Shown one piece after another: positions 27,255 to 36,730 of a DNA stretch of 64,000 bases. The stretch's first letter is position 1; every line of letters starts with the position of its first letter. The notes beneath the pieces were generated by a model. That model was not told the origin of the DNA and did not search any database. It saw only the letters and a program-made list of their open reading frames with translations. The translations under genes were made by a program, and so were the position numbers. The stretch is from Bacteriovoracia bacterium. GTDB taxonomy: Bacteria; Bdellovibrionota; UBA1018; CAIPTA01. The stretch covers positions 1,824,001 to 1,888,000 of the forward strand of contig JBFWVL010000001.1 of NCBI GenBank assembly GCA_050246755.1, given 5' to 3'.

Positions 27255-28523
27255 TTATTCCGCAGAGCGATGGCTTTTTTCTAATGGCTCGTGGCCCGGT
27301 TTCGCTTTTCTCTTCTTCGCGGGCGCGGGACTTTTCTTTTTTTCCACGATGGGAATGATGCCCTTGGCGGGCGGGCCGATCAGTTCCGGGACAGGCGGAA
27401 AATAATTCGGCGCTTCCGGCGTGCGCAGCTTCAGCAGCATCTTGCTCGCGCAGCTGCTACAGCTATTGAATTCCCCCACGTAGTGAAAGATCTTCCGGAA
27501 GGGCTCGATGTCTTTTGCGAACTCATCGAAGCGTTCGGTGCCGCGGTAGGCGGTTTCGCACTCGTATTTATTCGTGGCCGCATTCGCCTTTTCCACCCGA
27601 ACCTCGTGAAGGTCGGTGCCGCCGAAGATATAAAGCTCTCCGCCTTTTTCGTGTTTCTTTTTCGTGGCCTCTTCCTCTTCCTCGTTTTTCTCTTCTTTTT
27701 CCTTCTTCGCCTCTTGGGCCATGAGCAAGGTATAGTCGAGGTTGAAGGTGCGGGTCTTGAACTTCCCTTTCTCGTCGCGCTCGGGAACCCAGAACTCGAT
27801 GGAGCGGTCGAAGCCCGTGGCATCACTTCCGCAGTCGATGGCCTTGATGCCGAGCGTATTTTCTCTCAATATCTGCTGCATCTCTTCCACCTGGGAATCG
27901 CAGTGCGCCAGCACGTTGCCCACGATATTTACGCTCGCCACCACGAGGCCGCTCACGAACAGCTTTCCCACGTAGCCGAAGTTTGATTCGAGGAGGGCGG
28001 TGGGAGAGCGGAACATGAACTCGAATTTGCTCTCGATGCAGGTGAGCTGCAGGGCTTCGGCCTGGGCCAAAGGAGGCGCGAGCCAGGACGGGAACAGGCG
28101 AAGTGCGGTTTTCTTTTTCAGTCGGCCATCGATTCGCTGCAGGGTTTCCAGGAGCGTGGCGCGTTCGCCGAAAAATATTTTTTCGCCGTTTAGGATCACT
28201 TCGCCTTTTCCGGCATTGGCGAAGTCGGCGGTGATTCCGTCCACGGTGATCACGAGCTCCGCATCATTGAAGCGCCGCTTAATCTCCGGCATTTTTTCGG
28301 AGAGTTTGGGTAGGCGGAGGAGGGAGGCTTTATCGATCCGGGAAAATAGGCGCGTCGATTCAATCCATTCCCGCACGGTCTGGTTTTTCCGTGCTTCGGC
28401 CACGAATCCAGTTATTTTCTCGCGCACCTCGGCGCGAATCGGTGCTTTCGTGGGCACGGCCGCCAGGCCCGCGAGGGGGCTCGCGAAAAGAAGGATCAGG
28501 CTAAGTTGGACGAACGGCTTCAT
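27255..28523 (-). CDS. Secreted hypothetical protein
   Basis: Signal peptide, an internal hydrophobic segment, a charged K/E tract and several Cys. Confidence 0.75.
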   Translation of the reverse strand: MKPFVQLSLILLFASPLAGLAAVPTKAPIRAEVREKITGFVAEARKNQTVREWIESTRLFSRIDKASLLRLPKLSEKMPEIKRRFNDAELVITVDGITADFANAGKGEVILNGEKIFFGERATLLETLQRIDGRLKKKTALRLFPSWLAPPLAQAEALQLTCIESKFEFMFRSPTALLESNFGYVGKLFVSGLVVASVNIVGNVLAHCDSQVEEMQQILRENTLGIKAIDCGSDATGFDRSIEFWVPERDEKGKFKTRTFNLDYTLLMAQEAKKEKEEKNEEEEEATKKKHEKGGELYIFGGTDLHEVRVEKANAATNKYECETAYRGTERFDEFAKDIEPFRKIFHYVGEFNSCSSCASKMLLKLRTPEAPNYFPPVPELIGPPAKGIIPIVEKKKSPAPAKKRKAKPGHEPLEKSHRSAE

Positions 28524-28534
28524 GGCTATTAAAC

Positions 28535-28562
28535 GTTTCGGTCTCGCCGTGAGAATTCTTCA
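28535..28562 (-). promoter_or_regulatory. Putative sigma28 promoter
   Basis: TGAA-N16-ACCGAAAC, 11 nt upstream of ATG 28523. Confidence 0.35.
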
Positions 28563-28597
28563 GTGAAATTAGGGAAAAACCTCGGGAAAACAGAAGC

Positions 28598-28626
28598 TTG
28601 ACCAATATTCCGGGGCGTTCTACACC
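28598..28626 (+). promoter_or_regulatory. Putative sigma70 promoter, leaderless
   Basis: TTGACC-N17-TACACC-N6-ATG. Confidence 0.5.
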
Positions 28627-28632
28627 AACCCT

Positions 28633-29715
28633 ATGGCGCAGCAATGGCAAAACGATATCCGGGAAGCGGTAACCACGCTGGCCGATCCCCGCCTAACTGG
28701 CTATGCCTTCCTTTCCCGGCTGGGAAGTTTCATTCCAGCAATAGAAGCCCAGTTCCGCACTCTGGTTTCTCCCTATTACCTTTCGCTCATCCACCGCGCC
28801 GATCCCCACGATCCGATCGCGCGCATGGCCTTTCCCAGCTCCGCGGAAGCCTCCACGATCGGCTTGCGCGATCCGATCGGCGATCTCGATCAGAAAGCCG
28901 CCCCCCGTCTCACGCACCGCTACCGCGATCGCGCGCTCCTGCACGTGACCAATCTTTGCCCGATGTATTGCCGGTTTTGCTTCCGTAAAAATCTCATGAA
29001 CGAAAGGGAGGAAGAGCTCTACGCCGGAGATTTCGACCAGGCCTTCGCTTACCTTGCCGTGCATCCGGAAGTGGAAGAGCTGATCTTGACGGGCGGCGAC
29101 CCTTGGATGCTCTCGAACGAAAAGCTTTCGGCGCTCGTGGAGCGCGTGGCGGAAGAACTGCCGTCGATCCAGCGCCTGCGCTTCCATACCCGGATGCCCG
29201 TTACCTTGCCTTCGCGCGTGAACGAAGGCCTGCTTGGCGCCATCGTGCGGCCGAATAATTTCCGCACTTTTGTGGTTACGCATTTTAACCATCCCCGCGA
29301 ACTCACGCCGGAAGCCAAGAGGGCCACCGATGACTTGGCCGACCGGGGGATCATTCTCCTGAATCAGGCCGTGCTCCTGCGCGGAGTGAACGACAGCGCG
29401 GAAACCCTGCGCACGCTCTTCGTGGGCCTCGGCAATAGGGGGATTCTGCCATACTACCTGCACCACTGCGATTTGGTGGCGGGCGCCGAGCATTTCCGTT
29501 TGCCGCTAAAAGAAGGCCGCGCTCTCGTGGCGGAATTGCGCGGGAAGCTGCCGGGGTATTTATTACCGGAATACGTGCTCGATCTGCCAGGTGGGCTGGG
29601 GAAAATTCCCGTGGGGCAAAGCTTCGTGGAAAGCGAAAATAACGGGGAATACCTATTGCGCGGGCGGGAAGGCGAGCGGATCCCCTATCGCGACGTGGAA
29701 ACTATTTTGCACTAG
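28633..29715 (+). CDS. Second KamA-family radical SAM enzyme (EpmB-like length)
   Basis: THRYRDR, CPMYCRFCFR, TGGDP, HFNHP, YYLHHCD and GGLGKIP. Confidence 0.88.
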   Translation: MAQQWQNDIREAVTTLADPRLTGYAFLSRLGSFIPAIEAQFRTLVSPYYLSLIHRADPHDPIARMAFPSSAEASTIGLRDPIGDLDQKAAPRLTHRYRDRALLHVTNLCPMYCRFCFRKNLMNEREEELYAGDFDQAFAYLAVHPEVEELILTGGDPWMLSNEKLSALVERVAEELPSIQRLRFHTRMPVTLPSRVNEGLLGAIVRPNNFRTFVVTHFNHPRELTPEAKRATDDLADRGIILLNQAVLLRGVNDSAETLRTLFVGLGNRGILPYYLHHCDLVAGAEHFRLPLKEGRALVAELRGKLPGYLLPEYVLDLPGGLGKIPVGQSFVESENNGEYLLRGREGERIPYRDVETILH

Positions 29716-29959
29716 CGCTTTTCATTCGTCCGTTTCGAGTCTTTCAAGATCTTCACCACTTCAAATTGTTTTCCCGAAAAGTAGTTCCGGTATGCACGAT
29801 TCCGCCCACGGCGATTTTCGTAATGCCGGTTTCTCGGCCAAAGCCAGCAGGCGAGGGAAAACATGCCCTATCCCTAGCTGAATTTCGCTAGCCTTTTACC
29901 GGGTGGAGAAAAGGCCGGATCCTGCCGATACGAAAGTAGGTTTAGCAGAGGATTAGTTC

Positions 29960-30661
29960 ATGAAATCTCTTTCACTACTGAGCGCGGTATTCTTCGGCCT
30001 GCCTTTACTGGCACACGCCGCTAACCTGCAAGAGCGCGGCACCTGGAAGGGCCCGAGCAAAACGGTGGAAGTGAAGGCGAATTCCATTCGCTTCAACGGG
30101 CAGGAATATACATTCGGAAAAGAAGAGCTGAAGAAAGCCTATTCCGCGGTGGCCTGGGACGTGATCCTCTGCAAGGCCGATATCAGGCAGGCGTTCAGAA
30201 CGAAAACCGGTGAAGTGGTGCTCCTGAACGTTACGCGTTCCAAGACTTCGCTGTCCGACGGGGTATTTTGCCGGCTCAGCGAGGACGCGAGCCAGTTCAA
30301 GCAAGTGCACGAGTTCCAGCAAATCGTGTTGAAGGAAGAGGCTGGTAATTTAGCGATCAAGGTAACGGACGTGAAAGACGGGAAGCAAAGGCCCGACATT
30401 ACGCTCGCCGATCTGCAAGACCCTCAGCTCCTGGAAAAAAATGCCAAGCTCCGTAAGTTCATCCAAAAGGGTGATCAGGTGGACGGCCGGATAGTTTCTA
30501 CCGGCAGCGTAAAAGAATTCGAGCTCTCCAGCTTCCAAGCGAAAAGGCAGGTTTCTCCCACAGTGGGGGACGAAGAAAAGCGCGAGGAAGCTTCGGAAAA
30601 ATTCGTGCCGGCCATGGCCGAAAGCCAGGGCGAGGAAGAAATTCAGGTGGAGCTGAAATAA
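29960..30661 (+). CDS. Secreted hypothetical protein
   Basis: SD GAGGA and signal peptide ending AHA. A sigma28-like GCCGATAC lies at 29924-29931. Confidence 0.75.
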   Translation: MKSLSLLSAVFFGLPLLAHAANLQERGTWKGPSKTVEVKANSIRFNGQEYTFGKEELKKAYSAVAWDVILCKADIRQAFRTKTGEVVLLNVTRSKTSLSDGVFCRLSEDASQFKQVHEFQQIVLKEEAGNLAIKVTDVKDGKQRPDITLADLQDPQLLEKNAKLRKFIQKGDQVDGRIVSTGSVKEFELSSFQAKRQVSPTVGDEEKREEASEKFVPAMAESQGEEEIQVELK

Positions 30662-30662
30662 C

Positions 30663-32735
30663 TCAGCCCGTGGCCTTCGATTCCAAAATCTGCAATTCCA
30701 GCTGTTTAAGCGCACGCACGCGATCGCGCAGCGCGGCCGCTTCCTCGAACTCGTGCTCTTTCGCGGCCAGCTGCATCGCCTTGTGGAACTTTTCGATGGC
30801 GGCCCGAACATCCTTGATGGACTTGAGCCCCTTCATATCGTAGGCCTCCACGTCGCCCATGGCTTTTTCGGCGGGAGAAAGGCTCGTGCCTTCGGCCGCG
30901 AGCTGGCCTTCCCACTGGCGGATTCCGCGGATAACGGTTTTGGGCACGATGCCGTGCTCGAGGTTATAGGCGCGCTGCTTCTCACGGCGGCGATCGGTTT
31001 CGCCCACGGCCTGCTCGATGCTTTTTGTCATCTTATCGGCGTAAAGAATCACGCGGCCTTCGGCGTTCCGGGCGGCGCGGCCGATGGTTTGAATCAAGGA
31101 TCTGGCGGATCTCAGGAAGCCTTCTTTATCCGCGTCGAGGATGGCCACCAGCGAAACCTCGGGCAAATCCAAGCCTTCGCGGAGCAAGTTGATTCCGATC
31201 AAAACGTCGAAGATCCCCATGCGCAAATCACGCAGGATCTCGATCCTTTCGAGGGTATCGATATCGGAGTGGAGGTACTTCACGCGGATTCCCTTGGAGA
31301 GCAGGAAGGTGGTGAGATCCTCGGAGGATTTTTTCGTGAGCGTGGTCACGAGCACGCGGGTTTTCAGCTCCGGCGCCACGTTTACTTTCTTTTTGATTTC
31401 CTCGAGAAGATCGTCCACTTGGGTGCGTGCCGGTTTGATCGTGATTTCGGGATCGAGCAATCCAGTGGGGCGGATGATCTGTTCCACGATCTCGCCGCCG
31501 GTCTGGTTGAGTTCATAGTCGGCGGGCGTGGCGCTCACGTAGAGCAGCGAAGAGGCTTTCGCGTCGATGATACTGGTTACTTCCTCGAATTTCAACGGCC
31601 GGTTATCGAGGGCGGAGGGCAAACGGAAGCCGTATTCCACGAGGCTAGATTTACGCGCGCGGTCCCCTTTGTACATGGCACCTAGCTGGGGGGTGGTCAC
31701 GTGGCTTTCGTCGAGCACCATGATGAAGTCTTTCGGGAAATAATCGAGGAGGGTCGTAGGCGCTTCGCCCTCGGCACGGCCGTCGAGGTGGCGAGAATAG
31801 TTCTCGATTCCTTTGCACACGCCGATCTCTTCCATCATTTCCACGTCGTAAAGCGTGCGCTGCTCGAGGCGTTTCGCCTCCAGAGTTTTTCCGATCGAGG
31901 TGAGCTGTTCGAGGCGATCGCGCAGCTCGGTAAGAATATTGTGAATCGCCCGTTTGCGCGTGGTGGCTTCGGTAACGTAGTGCGTGGCGGGATAAATCGC
32001 CGTGAATTTCACTTTACGCAGCGGCAGGCCGCGAAGGGGATCTACCTCGGTGATAGACTCGATGAAATCGCCGAAGAACTCCACGCGCAGCGCTTTCTCT
32101 TCTTCGTAGGCCGGGAAAATCTCCACCACATCGCCCCGCACGCGGAAGGTTCCGCGGTGGAAATCCACGTCGTTGCGCTGGTATTGGATCTCGATCAGGC
32201 GCTTGAGTAAATCATTGCGCTTGATCTCGGTGCCTTCCACGATCTGCACGATGAGGTTTTTATAGAGCTCGGGGGAGCCGAGGCCGTAGAGGAAAGAAAC
32301 CGAAGCCACCACGATCACGTCGTTGCGGGTAAGCAGGGCGTGGGTGGCGGCGTGGCGCATGCGATCGATCTCTTCGTTGATCTGCGCGTCTTTCTCGATA
32401 TAGGTGTCGGTATGGGCCACATAGGCTTCTGGCTGATAAAAATCGTAGTAGGAAACGAAATACTCCACCGCGTTTTCCGGGAAGAATTCTTTGAACTCTT
32501 CGTAGAGCTGGGCGGCGAGGGTTTTATTGGGCGCCACGATGAGGGTGGGCTTGCCGATGCGCTGGATCACGTTGGCCAGCGTAAAAGTTTTCCCCGAGCC
32601 CGTTACGCCGAGCAGGACGTTATGCTTCTTGCCGTGTAAAATATTATTCGTGAGCTCGTCGATCGCGCGCGGCTGATCGCCCTTGGGCTCGAAGAGCGAA
32701 GCTAATTTGAAGGGCGATTTTGGGAGCAGCTTCAT
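30663..32735 (-). CDS. uvrB: Excinuclease ABC subunit B
   Basis: [35 protein letters not shown] and a C-terminal UVR motif FEEAAALRD. Confidence 0.98.
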   Translation of the reverse strand: MKLLPKSPFKLASLFEPKGDQPRAIDELTNNILHGKKHNVLLGVTGSGKTFTLANVIQRIGKPTLIVAPNKTLAAQLYEEFKEFFPENAVEYFVSYYDFYQPEAYVAHTDTYIEKDAQINEEIDRMRHAATHALLTRNDVIVVASVSFLYGLGSPELYKNLIVQIVEGTEIKRNDLLKRLIEIQYQRNDVDFHRGTFRVRGDVVEIFPAYEEEKALRVEFFGDFIESITEVDPLRGLPLRKVKFTAIYPATHYVTEATTRKRAIHNILTELRDRLEQLTSIGKTLEAKRLEQRTLYDVEMMEEIGVCKGIENYSRHLDGRAEGEAPTTLLDYFPKDFIMVLDESHVTTPQLGAMYKGDRARKSSLVEYGFRLPSALDNRPLKFEEVTSIIDAKASSLLYVSATPADYELNQTGGEIVEQIIRPTGLLDPEITIKPARTQVDDLLEEIKKKVNVAPELKTRVLVTTLTKKSSEDLTTFLLSKGIRVKYLHSDIDTLERIEILRDLRMGIFDVLIGINLLREGLDLPEVSLVAILDADKEGFLRSARSLIQTIGRAARNAEGRVILYADKMTKSIEQAVGETDRRREKQRAYNLEHGIVPKTVIRGIRQWEGQLAAEGTSLSPAEKAMGDVEAYDMKGLKSIKDVRAAIEKFHKAMQLAAKEHEFEEAAALRDRVRALKQLELQILESKATG

Positions 32736-32832
32736 CGAAAATTTTCTTTCTTAGTTACGGATCGAGGCGGAAATGAAACGGGCTCCTGGTCTCCTGTTTT
32801 CAACGGCCAACCGAAAACCGCCAACAGCCAAC

Positions 32833-32862
32833 TGGATTTCCCCCTCCAACCCCCTTTATACT
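32833..32862 (+). promoter_or_regulatory. Putative sigma70 promoter, leaderless
   Basis: TGGATT-N18-TATACT-N7-ATG. Confidence 0.55.
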
Positions 32863-32869
32863 ACAACCA

Positions 32870-33748
32870 ATGAGTATACTCGAAGCGGTGAGCGCTCTTT
32901 ATGAAGCACAGCCCTATCCTCCGGTAGGCCGCTTTCGTTCCCTATTTCAGGGCGTGCGTAAAAAGGATCTTCCTTTACTCAACTATAAGGAAGGCTATGC
33001 GGCATCTTATGGCGGCCTCGAGGGGGCCGTGGACCGCCCTCGCATCCTCGTGGCCGGCTGCGGTACCTTCGAGCCCGTGGTGGTGGCGCTGGCCAATCCT
33101 GATGCCGATATCCTCGCCGTGGACCTTTCCGCGCGTTCTCTGCGCGATTTGCAGTGGCAGCTGCGCTGGCGCGGGCTCGCGAAGCGGGTGCAGGTGCTTC
33201 AGGGCGACCTCGAGAAAATTTCCGGCACCTTCGACTACGTGATCGCCACCGGCGTGATCCACCACCTCGAAGATCCGCTGCGGGGCCTGCAGAGTTTGGT
33301 GGCCAAATCTTCGGAGCGCGCCGTGTTTCGCTTCATGATCTATAGCCGCTGGGGAAGGGCGCTACTATACCAAACCAAGGCACTCGCCGAGGCGCTGGGG
33401 ATCAAGGATCCGAAAAAACTCCGCAAAATGATCGCGGCGCTTCCGGCCAACCATCCGTATAAAATCTATTTTCACTTGTATTCCGACGCCCGCACGGATG
33501 CCGGACTAAGCGACGGATACCTGCATCCCTGCGACCGTGCCTTCACCGCGCTGGAGCTGGAAAAGCTTTTGGGCGATGCCGGCCTGCGCGCCACTAAATT
33601 TTTGCAAAGGCCCGAAGGGATGCCGGAAGCGGCCACGCAGCTGAGCGCCAGGGCGGCCGGGCTTACCGACTGGAAAAAGATGGCATTGCTCGAAGCCTAC
33701 GGCGCGCTCGAAGAAAATTTTCTGTTTTTTGCGGGGAGGGGAGCGTGA
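32870..33748 (+). CDS. Class I SAM-dependent methyltransferase
   Basis: LYEAQPYP, ILVAGCGT, AVDLS and FDYVIATGVIHHL. Confidence 0.88.
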   Translation: MSILEAVSALYEAQPYPPVGRFRSLFQGVRKKDLPLLNYKEGYAASYGGLEGAVDRPRILVAGCGTFEPVVVALANPDADILAVDLSARSLRDLQWQLRWRGLAKRVQVLQGDLEKISGTFDYVIATGVIHHLEDPLRGLQSLVAKSSERAVFRFMIYSRWGRALLYQTKALAEALGIKDPKKLRKMIAALPANHPYKIYFHLYSDARTDAGLSDGYLHPCDRAFTALELEKLLGDAGLRATKFLQRPEGMPEAATQLSARAAGLTDWKKMALLEAYGALEENFLFFAGRGA

Positions 33749-34230
33749 GCCAAATCGAAACCTGGTTGCCCACCGTGGTGAGCAAAGAGCTGCGCTCGAT
33801 TCCTTCCTGGGCCGCCAATCAAGGCGCCAAAAGGCTTGAAGCCGCCGCCGCTTTGCTGGGAGTCGAAGAATCGAAAAAGGTAGCGCGCAAGGCTGGAGCT
33901 TACGAGCTCACCGATTCTTTGGCCCACGAGCTTAGATTACAAGGGGTAGAAATTTCGGCGCGAGGCGAGATTCCCGCGCTTTCTCCCGCGAACTGGTTAT
34001 GTTCCTCGGCCTTGCACCCGCTTCCGCTTACGGAGTGGCGCCATCGCTGGGAGAGCGAAGGCGTACGCCTCGAGGGAATCGTATTGAGCTCTGCGCGGCG
34101 CAAAGCTTTTTTAAATTTTCTGTCCGCCGTATCCTGCACGGAAGTAAAGGACGTGTGGGCTCTGCTCGAGATCGCCGATCACTTTTTTCAGGCCGATAAC
34201 TTCGAGCTGGTGGTCAGCCGCAGTTTCTAG
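33745..34230 (+). CDS. Hypothetical protein coupled to the methyltransferase
   Basis: GTGA overlap and SD GGAG. Confidence 0.6.
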   Translation: MSQIETWLPTVVSKELRSIPSWAANQGAKRLEAAAALLGVEESKKVARKAGAYELTDSLAHELRLQGVEISARGEIPALSPANWLCSSALHPLPLTEWRHRWESEGVRLEGIVLSSARRKAFLNFLSAVSCTEVKDVWALLEIADHFFQADNFELVVSRSF

Positions 34231-34234
34231 TTTT

Positions 34235-36406
34235 TTAACGGCCGCAATCCTTCAGTTTTCGTTCCACTAATCTTTTAATGTGGGCCTCAGGGTCCTGGGA
34301 GAGCCGTTCGAGCGCCGGGCGCGCCGCGGGTTCCACGGAGCAAAATTTACTAACAACGCTCATGGCAGAGAATCGTATGTCGCCTACGGGGCTAGCGAGG
34401 CTCTTTAGGATTTCCGGCCGGGTTTGAGGCCGTGGTGCCTCATCCTTCATTGCGAAAAGCTCGAGCACGCTAGCCTTTACCTCGGGGCTTCCTTTGCGCA
34501 GAATTCCCAATAGAACGCTCTCCACCTCTTCCGAGAGCGGGCGTGGATTCTCCTGAGTGAAATAGAGTACCGCTGCTCCCCGCACGTCCTCGCTAGGATG
34601 GTTGAGCTGCTCGGCGAACATTTTTTGCAGGTCGGAGCCGATGGTCCAGCCGGCTTCCCAGAGAGTCCACATGGCGCGCGTCACCACTTCGGGGTCGCGG
34701 TCTTTGAACAGCGCGAAAAGAGCATTTCGCCCAGCCGGCGAGGAGATCTGCCGAGGGCCTACGACGGAGTAGATGTCGCCGGGAACGTTAGGATTGCGCA
34801 CGAGCGCCAAAAGCGCGTTTTCCGCCTTCGGCGTAAACGAGCTGCTGTTTTTTATCCCGTCGAGGGCAAAGCCGAAGGCGATATCGTCCTCTTTCAGGAT
34901 GCTGGCGATGAGTGCCAAGTGTACCGCTTCGAGCGTGGAGCCGCCTTCCGAGAAGGCGTAGAGCGCGGCGATGCGGAGGTCGTTGTCTTTGCTTTGGGTA
35001 TAATCCAGCATTTTTCTCTGGGTGTCTTCAGAAAGAGGAGCCAGTTTCCCGAGGGTGACGATCGCGGCCGCGCGCAGCTTGACCGGCACGTCCGGCTTTT
35101 GCAGGTCGTTGATGAGGGTTTCTTCCACGCCCGGGCCGCGTGCCTGCAAGCACCCGATGCCTTCCAGGGTGTTTTCCGTCCAGCGCTCCCGCGGCAGCTC
35201 GTCTTTGCTGAGCTCGAGGTGCACTTCGGCGGAGCAGATGGAATCTTTTTGCTCGAGGGTGAGGTTGTTGCGGAAGAAACCGCCTACCAGCGCTTTCGAG
35301 CGCTCACGGTAGGCGCGATCGCTGAGCCAGCCCACTTCGCGGCTGAAGTTCAGGATCTCCGCCTGCTGGCTCAGGATACCGGGCGTCGGTTTATCCACCA
35401 GGCGGAGAAGCCTCTCTTTGGCACCCTTGTTCTGCTGGATGTCTTCTAGGTAAGAGGCCTCCGCTTCCGGCCAGCGGTTATTGAAGCTTTTATCCGCTTG
35501 GCGAAAGTATTCCATAATGTTCGGAACGTAGGCGAGAGCGTAACGATCGTCGCTAAGCACTTGGTTGATCCAAGTCAGCTTTTCCACGATGCGGCGGTTG
35601 CTTCCTAGCACGCAGGCAGGATTATTGATTTTTTGCGCACTTGGCAGGGCTTGGGCAAAGCTCGTTACCTTGAGTGCATCGGCCAAGCGAGTATTGAGAG
35701 ATTTCGAATCCCATTGCCCGAGGTAAGAATCGTAGTTCGGCACGGCCGAGAGATATTTTTCGAGGAAAGGACGCACCGTAGTGCCGGCGGGACCGATGGA
35801 ATCGAAGCCGTAAAGCTTGGTATTGGCGCCGGGGAAGGCCATCCGCATCCGCTGGAGATTGCTTGAGCCGATCGAGGAATAGCGGGCCGCGGCCACCTGC
35901 TCGGCTTGCTGCCGCGAGAATCCGTCCGCCATGAGCACGCGCACGTATTCTTCCGGCCCGCGTGAATCCAGCTTTTTCCCGGCCAGCGTATTGCAACCCA
36001 TCAGAAACACTTCTTTTGGTTTCTCGAAGATGCCGGGGCAGGTATTGGAGCAGGAAGTATTCTCGAGGGTGGCGAGAGGAAGGCGGAGGCCGGATTTTCC
36101 GAAGAAGGTTCCAGCGAAGTGGCCGGATATGAGCAGAACGTCGCACTGTACTTTGCTCTCGCAGGCTTTCTTCAGCCAGTCGCCGTTATCTTTGCTGGTG
36201 AGCTCTATGAAATTGAAGCCCTTGAGCCTGCTTTCGAATACGTCCTTTTCGTCGTCGGAATTCAGCGTAACGGTACATACCGTTTTCCGGTTCTTATCGA
36301 GCTCCTTCACGTCTTCCTGAAAGGAAGCGAGCCGGCGTTCCGGCAGGGCGTGGGAGCAGGCGGCCAGGAACAAAAGCAACGGCAGCAGAAAGAGAAAGTT
36401 TTTCAT
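34235..36406 (-). CDS. Lipoprotein with an N-terminal caspase/CHAT-like (clan CD) domain and C-terminal HEAT repeats
   Basis: Lipobox LAAC. LLISGHF and VFLMGCN dyad. HEAT-like repeats (LRAAAIVTLG, DLRIAAL, DVRGAAV, EVKASVL, DIRFSAM). Confidence 0.7.
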   Translation of the reverse strand: MKNFLFLLPLLLFLAACSHALPERRLASFQEDVKELDKNRKTVCTVTLNSDDEKDVFESRLKGFNFIELTSKDNGDWLKKACESKVQCDVLLISGHFAGTFFGKSGLRLPLATLENTSCSNTCPGIFEKPKEVFLMGCNTLAGKKLDSRGPEEYVRVLMADGFSRQQAEQVAAARYSSIGSSNLQRMRMAFPGANTKLYGFDSIGPAGTTVRPFLEKYLSAVPNYDSYLGQWDSKSLNTRLADALKVTSFAQALPSAQKINNPACVLGSNRRIVEKLTWINQVLSDDRYALAYVPNIMEYFRQADKSFNNRWPEAEASYLEDIQQNKGAKERLLRLVDKPTPGILSQQAEILNFSREVGWLSDRAYRERSKALVGGFFRNNLTLEQKDSICSAEVHLELSKDELPRERWTENTLEGIGCLQARGPGVEETLINDLQKPDVPVKLRAAAIVTLGKLAPLSEDTQRKMLDYTQSKDNDLRIAALYAFSEGGSTLEAVHLALIASILKEDDIAFGFALDGIKNSSSFTPKAENALLALVRNPNVPGDIYSVVGPRQISSPAGRNALFALFKDRDPEVVTRAMWTLWEAGWTIGSDLQKMFAEQLNHPSEDVRGAAVLYFTQENPRPLSEEVESVLLGILRKGSPEVKASVLELFAMKDEAPRPQTRPEILKSLASPVGDIRFSAMSVVSKFCSVEPAARPALERLSQDPEAHIKRLVERKLKDCGR

Positions 36407-36412
36407 GAAACT

Positions 36413-36440
36413 TTTTCGGAATAGTGAAGGGGGAACTTTA
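36413..36440 (-). promoter_or_regulatory. Putative sigma28 promoter, leaderless
   Basis: TAAA(GTT)-N16-TCCGAAAA-N6-ATG. Confidence 0.55.
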
Positions 36441-36483
36441 CCTGGTTACACGCCCCCGCGTTTTCCTCTCTCGAGCATCGCGC

Positions 36484-36513
36484 TAGACTGCCCGCGCGCT
36501 CGGCTGTTACCAT
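36484..36513 (+). promoter_or_regulatory. Putative sigma70 promoter, leaderless
   Basis: TAGACT-N18 (ending TGt)-TACCAT-N7-ATG. Confidence 0.55.
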
Positions 36514-36520
36514 TTTACTA

Positions 36521-36730
36521 ATGATCACTCTCCATCGCTTGAACGGCAAAGAGTTCACGCTCAACGCCGACGTGGTTAAATTGGTGGAAGCCACGCCTGA
36601 CACCTTGATTACGCTCGTAACCAACGACGAAAAATTCATGGTGAAAGAGAGCGTTTCCGAAGTGGTCGAGAAAGTTATCGAATACAAGCGGAAGTGGCTC
36701 TGGACTCCCCTCGAGAATAGGAAAACGTAA
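36521..36730 (+). CDS. flbD: Flagellar FlbD/SwrD-family protein
   Basis: MITLHRLNG..F.LNAD....EATPDTLITL...K..VKES. Lies upstream of motA. Confidence 0.9.
   Translation: MITLHRLNGKEFTLNADVVKLVEATPDTLITLVTNDEKFMVKESVSEVVEKVIEYKRKWLWTPLENRKT

Noticed and set aside
27640-27720. TTC/CTT-rich tract as a DNA tandem repeat
   Set aside because: It is explained by the Lys/Glu low-complexity coding segment on the - strand.
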